From Octopus sinensis (lineage: Eukaryota), in assembly GCF_006345805.1 (NCBI RefSeq), contig NW_021828394.1, forward strand, positions 1-8,832: a DNA stretch of 8,832 nt, given 5' to 3'. A program made the position numbers and the translations under genes. The notes under the pieces were generated by a model. The model did not search any database and was not told the DNA's origin. It saw nothing but the letters and a program-made list of their open reading frames with translations. Every line of letters starts with the position of its first letter. The first letter of the stretch is position 1. This document shows, piece after piece, positions 1 through 6,784 of the stretch.

Positions 1-27
1 ATGTGGTACTCTGATGGGTGCTGACGG

Positions 28-480
28 CGGTAGTGGTGGTGGTGCTGGTGGTGCTGGTGATGGTAGTGGCAGTGATGGTGGTGGTGGTGGTGGTGGTGGT
101 GGTGGTAGTGGTGGTGGTGGTGGTGGTGGTAGTGGTAGGGATGGTGGTGGTGGTAGTGGCAGTGGTGGTGCTGGTGGTAGTGGCAGTCATGGTGGTGGTG
201 GTGGTGCTGGTGATGGTAGTGGCAGTGATGGTGGTGGTGGTGGTGCTGGTGGTAGTGGCAGTGATGGTGGTGGTGGTAGTGGCAGTGGTGGTGGTGGTGG
301 TAGTGGCAGTCATGGTGGCGGTGGTGGTGGTGGTAGTGGCAGTGATGGTGGTGGTGGTGGTGGTGGTAGTGGCAGTGATGGTGATTGTGGTGGTGGTGGT
401 GGTGGTGATGATGGTGGAAGCAATGGTAGAGGTGGTGGTGCTGCTACTACAGATGGTGGTCGAGGTGGTAGTCGTGGTGT
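28..480 (+). repeat. Imperfect (GGT)n trinucleotide tract with a recurring GTAGTGGCAGT sub-motif
   Basis: Direct reading. GTAGTGGCAGT occurs 9 times (starts 63, 153, 177, 216, 252, 276, 300, 333, 366), always spaced by multiples of 3. Confidence 0.95.
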
Positions 481-558
481 TCCAGATATGACCATCCCCT
501 CTCTTTCTAGCAACATACAGGATGTCGTTATCAAACAGGTCCTTCCCCATTATAAGTC

Positions 559-801
559 AGTAGGGTGTGATCTGAGGATAATTTAGCTGCTATGTCTAGC
601 AGATTGACCAAACCACACAGAAATGCTCTCGTGGTTGTTGTTGCTCATCTCAGGTCAGCTAAGACTCAGCAGACCAATAATGGAAAGGAGTTCCAACCAT
701 GACCATCCTGCCTTTTGCTATGTACCCATAACTACATGATCCACCATGTTCTTCCTATTTTAAAGACGGTAGGGTAGGTATTTGGCTGCTACATCTAGCA
801 G
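559..801 (+). repeat. Degraded fragments of a dispersed repeat (ATTT(A/G)GCTGCTA..TCTAGCAG motif)
   Basis: 581-602 and 780-801 match at 19/22, and each is preceded by GTAGGGT. TTCCA..ATGACCATCC occurs at ~480-497 and ~694-710. A related reverse-strand copy lies at ~7817-7850. Confidence 0.45.
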
Positions 802-832
802 GTAAAGCAACCGCAAACAAGTAGTGTTGACA

Positions 833-985
833 GTGGTGGTGGTGGTGGTGGTAGTAGCTGTGATGGTGGTGGTGGTGGTGATGGTGGTGGTGACAGTGAT
901 GGTAGTGGAGATGGTGGTGGTGGTATTGGAGGCAATTGCAGTAGTGTTGGTGGTGGTGGTGGTGGTAGTAGTAGTAGTAGTAGTA
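833..985 (+). repeat. (GGT)n/(GTA)n trinucleotide tract
   Basis: Direct reading. Confidence 0.95.
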
Positions 986-1403
986 CAACACTACCACCAC
1001 AACCAACAGCACTATTGCAAAAAATACCACCATCACCACCACTATCACCACAACCTCCACCATCACCACCACCACCATCATCAACACCACCATCGCCACC
1101 ATCATCTCCACCACCACCACCACCATCATCAACACCACCACCACTACCATCACCACCTCAACCTACACCATCACCACCACAACCGTCATCCCCACCACCA
1201 CCACCATCACCACCACAAACTCCACCATCACCACCACCACCATCATCACCACCACCACCACCATCACCAACAGGTTCAAGACTTACTCAACCATCATTGC
1301 CGCCGACACCACCACCACCACCACCACCGTCATCACAATTACCATCATCCCCCACCGCCGCCGCCATCCAGATCACTCCCCTCCCCCACCCACCACCCCA
1401 CCC
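986..1403 (+). repeat. (CCA)n/(TCA)n trinucleotide tract, the reverse complement class of the preceding tract
   Basis: Direct reading. Confidence 0.95.
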
Positions 1404-1483
1404 AACATTGTTGCATATTTGAATCGATTGGTAAAGCGTCCTGTTTAAAGTTTCATGTTAATTGTACACATATTGACACATTT

Positions 1484-1710
1484 ATACACACACACACACA
1501 CATATATATACACACACATGTACATACACGCATACACACATATGTATGTATGTACACACGCACGCACTGACATAATTCCAGAATGCGTGTGCGTGCGTAT
1601 ATACACATTGACACACTTCCATATATACATACTTTTGTATGCCTGTGTATATGAATATATGTATATATATATATATATATGCACCTATGTACATACGTGT
1701 ATGTATGTTT
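1484..1710. repeat. Compound (CA)n/(TA)n/(TG)n microsatellite region
   Basis: Direct reading. Confidence 0.9.
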
Positions 1711-1717
1711 GCTCCTA

Positions 1718-2101
1718 TACTCTTTTACTTATTTCAGTCATTTGACTGCGGCCATGCTGGAGCACCGCCTTTAGTCGAGCAACTCGACTCAAGGACTTGT
1801 TCTTTGTAAGCCCAGTACTTATTACTTTTGCCGAACCGCTAAGTAACGGGGACATAAACACACCAGCATCGGTTGTCAAGCAATGCTAGGGGGACAAACA
1901 CGGACACACAAACACACACGCACACATATATACATATATACAACAGGCTTCTTTCAGTTTCCGTCTACCAAATCCACTCACAAGGCATTGGTCAGCCCGG
2001 GGCTATAGCAGAAGACACTTGCCCAAGATGCCACGCAGTGGGACTGAACCCAGAACCATGTGGTTGGTAAACAAGCTACTTACCACACAGCCACTCCTGT
2101 G

Positions 2102-2104
<3 letters not shown>
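1718..2104 (-). mobile_element. tRNA-derived SINE, family 1, near full-length copy (CORE-like, possibly related to octopus OR-type SINEs)
   Basis: Reverse complement aligns along its length with 5960-6368, apart from a ~10-bp deletion near 1820. It has the same A/B-box head, internal microsatellite and AAAAGAGTA tail. Confidence 0.9.
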
Positions 2105-2146
<42 letters not shown>

Positions 2147-2155
2147 TATGATATA
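2104..2155. repeat. (TA)n microsatellite
   Basis: Direct reading. Confidence 0.95.
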
Positions 2156-2387
2156 TAGAACTCACAAGAGGGGAAAGAGAGATAAAACAGACAGTAAAAG
2201 GGAAACCGTCCCTTGCATTTGAAAACTATTGAAATATTTTTTAAAAACATTTTACTTAATTTTCCCACAATTAATTATTTTCATCATGTTTTACCCTAAG
2301 TTGAAAAAGTCGCAAAGTCAGAAACCGGTACTAAAATGTTCTTCATGATAAAATATTTTAGCATTTTCTACCTTGTCTTATTTTCTT

Positions 2388-2503
2388 TATATATATATGT
2401 ATATATACACATATATACATACATATATATACATTATATATATATACACATATATATACATATATATATATATGCATATATATATATACACACATATATA
2501 TAC

Positions 2504-2552
<49 letters not shown>

Positions 2553-2651
2553 ACATATATATACATATATATATATTATATATGTATATATATATACATA
2601 TATATTATATACATATATATATATATATATACATATATATACATATATATC

Positions 2652-2698
<47 letters not shown>

Positions 2699-2711
2699 CA
2701 TATATATATAT

Positions 2712-2749
<38 letters not shown>

Positions 2750-2852
2750 ATACATATATATATATATACATATATATATATAATATACACATATATATAT
2801 ATATGTATATACATATATATATATACATATATATATCTATATATATATATAT
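2388..2852. repeat. Long interrupted (TA)n/(TACATA)n tract, ~465 bp
   Basis: Direct reading. Confidence 0.97.
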
Positions 2853-2899
2853 GGCTGAGGAGACTGACAAGTGTCAAGATGGCGTATTGGAATAGCTGT

Positions 2900-2960
2900 A
2901 TCCAGACCATGCAAGCATGGAAAAACAACCATGAAAGAAATGAAACAATGAAGATAATGA
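2900..2960 (+). mobile_element. Possible decayed 3' tail of SINE family 2 or a related LINE
   Basis: CCATGC-AA-GCATGG-AAAA at 2907-2924 resembles CCATGC-TA-GCATGG-AAAG in the family-2 tails and is followed by a degenerate ATGA/GAT-rich stretch. Confidence 0.3.
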
Positions 2961-3096
2961 TACACACGCATACACATACATGCATATGTACACACACATA
3001 GACACATACTCTTATCTACGCCTTGCATTGTTATTTGTGCGATAGTCATAGGTGGTTGTTGAATGCCATCTTGGTTATCTCTCGAAATCACCTGTC

Positions 3097-3193
3097 AACA
3101 CACACACACACACACATATATGTATATATATATATATATATACATACATACATGGATATATACATATACATACATATATATACCTACACACAT

Positions 3194-3248
<55 letters not shown>

Positions 3249-3328
3249 AACACATATATACATATATTTACATAGATACATAAATATGCCCACATATTCT
3301 TATAAACATCTGCTTATATATCTATCTA

Positions 3329-3359
<31 letters not shown>

Positions 3360-3393
3360 CTATATATATATATATATTATATATATACACATA
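3097..3393. repeat. (CA)n/(TA)n compound microsatellite ending at the Tc1 TA target site
   Basis: Direct reading. Confidence 0.95.
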
Positions 3394-3930
3394 CAGTGGC
3401 GGCCAAAATGTTCAGAACGGCATTGTTTTTGTCAGAAAAGTAGATATAATTTTTTATCAAAGTTGTTTTATATTCTATAATTTTCACAGACAATAAATAC
3501 AATATTATTTGTTTTTGCCTGAGATTTTGGTGTAATTTGAGAGGATAATACAAAAGTTATAGATGGTTTAGTGATTTACTGCAAAACCCATGGCGGCCAA
3601 AATGATCAGAACGGTTGCTTTTACTCCGTGTTTTAGTATATTGAACCGGCGAACTCTAATGTTTTGAATTTGTTTACGTGATGGTTCATTTACTAAACAT
3701 TAGTAAGAATATTTGCAGTGTACTTTGTTAATATAATGCCACTTACTCCATTACTAATTCGTCAGCAGATTATTAAGCTTCGAAAGAAGGATAATTTAAG
3801 TATTGGGTCTATTGCAAAGATTGCTAACAAGTCAAGAAGTGTTGTTCACGGTATTCTTAAGGTCTACGATGATTGTGGTTCGTGTGAAGCAAGAAAGTTT
3901 ACAGGTAGGCCAAGAAAAACGACCAAGAGA
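3394..3930 (+). mobile_element. Left part of a Tc1/mariner DNA transposon with IR/DR-type terminus; no right end found in the window
   Basis: TA (3392-3393) followed by CAGTG, the typical Tc1 terminus. A 24-bp direct repeat TGGCGGCCAAAATG(T/A)TCAGAACGG occurs at 3397-3420 and 3591-3614 (23/24). A transposase N-terminus follows downstream. Confidence 0.88.
3736..3930 (+). pseudogene. Truncated Tc1-family transposase, N-terminal paired-like HTH plus GRPR motif only
   Basis: MPLTPLLIRQQIIKLRKKDNLSIGSIAKIANKSRSVVHGILKVYDDCGSCEARKFTGRPRKTTKR fits the Tc1 pattern (RxxII...SxxxIAK...SRSxV..ILK.Y..G.....GRPRKTT). The ORF runs on to a stop at 3985-3987 through non-transposase sequence. No DDE domain is present. 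Confidence 0.88.
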
Positions 3931-3965
3931 ATTGGTCCCCGACGACAAATAGATGATGTAGGAAA
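3930..3965 (-). pseudogene. FUOM: 36-bp inverted fragment of fucose mutarotase CDS (FPTSSICRRGPI)
   Basis: Reverse complement TTTCCTACATCATCTATTTGTCGTCGGGGACCAATT matches 4125-4160 at 34/36, with 31 consecutive exact bases (3930-3960 vs 4130-4160). Confidence 0.9.
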
Positions 3966-4025
3966 CAACTATAGTGGAAAGCTCTGACAACAACTCAATT
4001 ACTTGTGTATTTCGCGTCCAAGAAA

Positions 4026-4244
4026 ATGCCGTTGAAATGAATTCCCTCGATTATCAGTCCTGCTTTGCTTCACGCATTAGCTGCTATGGGACATGGAGAT
4101 GAAATAGTTTTGGCAGATGCACACGTTCGTACATCATCTATTTGTCGTCGGGGACCAATTGAAATTAGCGCAGATGGACACAAAATACCAGAGTTATTAA
4201 AAGCTATATTGCAGCTGTTTCCATTGGACACCTATGAAGACTCA
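4026..4244 (+). pseudogene. FUOM: Fucose mutarotase (FucU/RbsD family) pseudogene fragment; uninterrupted, 3'-truncated, in-frame stop at codon 5
   Basis: ATG at 4026 reads MPLK*IPSIISPALLHALAAMGHGDEIVLADAHVRTSSICRRGPIEISADGHKIPELLKAILQLFPLDTYEDS. This is colinear with the N-terminal half of animal FUOM (LKG.P..LSP.LL..LA.MGHGDEIVLAD.NFP..SIC..GP.EI.ADG..IP.LL.A.L.L.PLDTY). TGA at 4038-4040 replaces the conserved Gly. Similarity is lost after ~codon 73. Confidence 0.92.
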
Positions 4245-4668
4245 GTTTTAGTTCTTCAAAAACTATGTCATTGTATGAAAAAATTTTATAACATTCTTCT
4301 GACATAATGACTCAAATATATTTTTCAACCTTTTAAAACAAGCCTTCTGTAGTTTTTTCACTTTTTACTATTTTCTATATATTCAACCACGTGCTTTCAC
4401 ACAACAACTTTCTCACCTATATATATATCGAGCTTGTAATGTTATGTTTTTTCTTATATTTCTTGAGTTTATTGCACTGACGAACATGAAATGCATATTC
4501 TGCATTAATTGCGAAATCACAGGTGATATGTAACTAAATTCTTTTTTTAAATGATTTGCTTTGAAGTTTTGCATTCGGTAAAATTTTGTTTATTTTAGTA
4601 GTTTTGACCGCATTGGTCCCTCTTTAGAGTGTGGTATCTACGAATTGTAGTACCCTCAATATAATATA

Positions 4669-4672
<4 letters not shown>

Positions 4673-4701
<29 letters not shown>
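4673..4701. repeat. (TA)n microsatellite
   Basis: Direct reading. Confidence 0.95.
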
Positions 4702-4702
<1 letters not shown>

Positions 4703-5040
4703 TAAAAGCAATTAAGATTCAAGTCCGTTCTAATGAATTCACTTGAATGCGGTACTTAACTTAGATGCACCAGAAAACTATATGGTATTAACCATACAAT
4801 AATGTGGGGTGATTATAAACGAGAAAAAAGCAACAAGAATGGATTAGTTTTTTAGTACAATTGTTTCATACAAAGACAGGCTTTATTAAAAGCTGCAAAT
4901 ATTGCAGCAAATACAAGTGTCCCGTACTCATCAGCTAAAACACATATGAGTTCTCCAAACATCTTAGTGGGTGAGGCTACACTCATGAAGTATCGGAGAT
5001 ATATATATAAATAAATAAATATATATATATATATATGAAG

Positions 5041-5073
5041 GGCTTCTTTCGGTTTCTGTCTACCAAATCCACT
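5041..5073 (-). mobile_element. Short internal fragment of SINE family 1
   Basis: GGCTTCTTTCGGTTTCTGTCTACCAAATCCACT is near identical to 1946-1978 and, as in that copy, is preceded by a TA-rich tract. Confidence 0.75.
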
Positions 5074-5321
5074 GTTGTCAATATTTATGCACCATCAATG
5101 TCCCATTCTGATGAAACTGTAGGACAGTTTTATTATGATCTGGCACAAAAGTTCCAATTTCTGACCAGCTGGTCATATTGGGAGATTTCAGTGCAAGAGT
5201 TTGAAAGGACTATGTTTCATGGCCTGTTTTAAGTCGACATGGAATTGGAAAATGCAATAAAAACGGAGTAGCTCTTTTGACATTTTGTACTGAGAACAAT
5301 CTGGTTGTCACCAACATTACT
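5071..5321 (+). pseudogene. Decayed non-LTR retrotransposon (RTE-like LINE) apurinic-like endonuclease fragment
   Basis: TVVNIYAPSMSHSDETVGQFYYDL, then a frameshift near 5148, then KVPISDQLVILGDFSARV*KDYVSWPVLSRHGIGKCNKNGVALLTFCTENNLVVTN. It shows the YAP, FY.DL, LGDF.ARVG, RHG.G.CN.NG..LL.FC..N.L..TN motifs of RTE-type APE domains. TGA at 5202-5204 replaces Gly. Confidence 0.85.
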
Positions 5322-5369
5322 ATGGCAACAGTCCGGATACTTATTGATCAGACCTTGTATATATATATA

Positions 5370-5642
5370 CCGCATCGACTGGCCTCCGTGCTGTGGGCAC
5401 GTAACAACACCCTTCCGAGCGTGGCCGTTCGCCAGCCTCGTCTGGCACCTGTGTCGGTGGCACATAAAATCACCCACTACACTCTCGAAGTGGTTGGCGT
5501 TAGGAAGGGCATCCAACTGTAGAAACACTGCCAGATCTGGCTGGCCTGGTGCAGCCTTCGGGCTCCCCAGACCCCAGTTGAACCGTCCAACCCATGCTAG
5601 CATGGAAAGCGGACGTTAAACGATGATGATGATGATGATGAT
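5370..5642 (+). mobile_element. SINE-like retroposon, family 2, copy A, ending in a (GAT)n tail
   Basis: Homologous to 5644-5834 (GGCAC.TAAAA..ACCCAC.ACACTCTCG.AGTGGTTGGC...GGAA.GGCATCCA.CTGTAGAAAC.CTGCCAGATC). It shares an identical 37-bp 3' end followed by a microsatellite tail typical of LINE-mobilised elements. Confidence 0.75.
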
Positions 5643-5643
5643 A

Positions 5644-5834
5644 TGCCGGTGGCACGTAAAAGCACCCACAACACTCTCGGAGTGGTTGGCATTTGGAAAG
5701 GCATCCAGCTGTAGAAACTCTGCCAGATCAGATTGGAGCCTGGTGTAGCCATCTGGTTCGCCAGCCCTCAGTCAAAATCGTCCAACCCATGCTAGCATGG
5801 AAAGCGGACGTTAAATGACGACAATGACGATGAT
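5644..5834 (+). mobile_element. SINE-like retroposon, family 2, copy B, 5'-shorter and head-to-tail with copy A
   Basis: As for copy A; the tail is the degenerate TGACGACAATGACGATGAT. Confidence 0.75.
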
Positions 5835-5959
5835 ATACATCTAATATAGGATAAAATTTTCGAAAAAATTTTATCAATGGCCAGCATATTAAAAAATAAG
5901 CAAATTTGTTGTTGAAAATGCACCTAAATTTGAAGAACTTGTAATTGTTTAAAATAAAT

Positions 5960-6131
5960 AGGCGCAGGAGTGGCTGTGTGGTAAGTAGCTTGCTAACCAA
6001 CCACATGGTTCCGGGTTCAGTCCCACTGCGTGGCACCTTGGGCAAGTGTCTTCTGCTATAGTCTCGGGCCGACCAAAGCCTTGTGAGTGGATTTGGTAGA
6101 CAGAAACTGAAAGAAGCCTGTCGTATATATG

Positions 6132-6164
<33 letters not shown>

Positions 6165-6368
6165 CTGTGTTTGTCCCCCTAGCATTGCTTGACAACCGAT
6201 GCTGGTGTGTTTATGTCCCCGTTACTTAGCGGTTCGGCAAAAAGAGACCGATAAAATAAGTACTGGGCTTACAAAGAATAAGTCCCAGGGTCGATTTGCT
6301 CGACTAAAGGCGGTGCTCCAGCATGGCCGCAGTCAAATGACTGAAACAAGTAAAAGAGTAAAAGAGTA
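5960..6368 (+). mobile_element. tRNA-derived SINE, family 1, full-length copy (CORE-like)
   Basis: A-box-like TGGCTGTGTGG at 5971-5981 and B-box-like GGGTTCAGTCCC at 6013-6024. The following ACCTTGGGCAAGT resembles the CORE-SINE/MIR core. Internal (TA)n(TG)n at ~6124-6170 and a repeated AAAAGAGTA tail. An inverted copy lies at 1718-2104. Confidence 0.9.
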
Positions 6369-6671
6369 ATAGTTACATATACACCAAACTAGTCTCAGTG
6401 ATATTTGTTGTATATTAATGGTAAAAATTTAGAACTATGAATTCAAGAAACATCTTTAAAATTTATCAACATTGAAACTTTTAAAGATGTTTTTCTTAGT
6501 TGGGAACAAAAACAGGTCAGTGAAGACATACAAGGAATCTGAACGAAAATAAACATGAAGGGCCATTAGAGCAGAACAAGGGTAAAATAGCAAATGCTGG
6601 AGACATATTTTCTTTGACAAGAGAAAAGATAGAAGAGAGAGAGGTAGAATACGTTCAAAAGACACCAATAT

Positions 6672-6784
6672 AATAATTACTAGACTTACAAAGAATAAGT
6701 CCTGGGGTCGATTTGCTCGACTAAAGGCAGTGCTCCAGCATGGCTGCAGTCAAATGACTGAAACAAGTAAAAGAGTAAAGAGTA
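6672..6784 (+). mobile_element. 5'-truncated copy of SINE family 1, 3' module only
   Basis: Aligns with ~6256-6368 (CTTACAAAGAATAAGTCC..GGGTCGATTTGCTCGACTAAAGGC.GTGCTCCAGCATGGC.GCAGTCAAATGACTGAAACAAGTAAAAGAGTA). Confidence 0.9.

Noticed and set aside
14-586. Gly-rich 190-aa ORF and overlapping poly-Val and poly-Pro ORFs
   Set aside because: These are translations of a (GGT)n tract, which lacks stops in several frames. There is no signal peptide or domain and no splice evidence.
755-1570. Poly-His, extensin-like poly-Pro and poly-Val ORFs
   Set aside because: Products of the (GGT)n/(CCA)n tracts. They lack the ordered motifs of real His-rich or Gly-rich structural proteins.
1445-3480. Numerous YI/IY/HT-rich ORFs
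   Set aside because: Translations of (TA)n/(CA)n microsatellites and SINE sequence.
4038-4040. TGA as selenocysteine or programmed readthrough
   Set aside because: The position aligns to a conserved Gly, so GGA-to-TGA is a single change, and other disabling changes accompany it. A sequencing error cannot be excluded without reads.
4065-4307. 80-aa ORF as a functional FUOM gene
   Set aside because: It starts at TTG downstream of an in-frame TGA, has lost the conserved FP, and lacks the C-terminal half of the protein.
3931-4620. ATTGGTCCC at 3931-3939 and 4612-4620 as a target-site duplication around the FUOM insert
   Set aside because: The left copy is part of the inverted FUOM fragment, and the sequence after 4620 does not resume the transposase. 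It is probably chance or a further micro-template switch.
4245-4760. Right TIR of the Tc1 element (weak matches near 4270-4305, 4600-4615 and 4725-4732)
   Set aside because: Matches are short, AT-rich and do not reproduce the 24-bp DR or the terminal CACTG-TA.
5850-5875. 11-bp-arm hairpin GATAAAATTTT-CGAA-AAAATTTTATC
   Set aside because: Almost entirely A/T low-complexity sequence, plausible by chance.
5960-6035. Functional tRNA gene
   Set aside because: A/B-box-like motifs are present, but they are the head of a multi-copy SINE and no convincing cloverleaf is visible.
5941-6375. TSD for the SINE at 5960-6368 (GTAATTGTT vs GTAATAGTT)
   Set aside because: The left match is not adjacent to the element start and the right match overlaps the tail.
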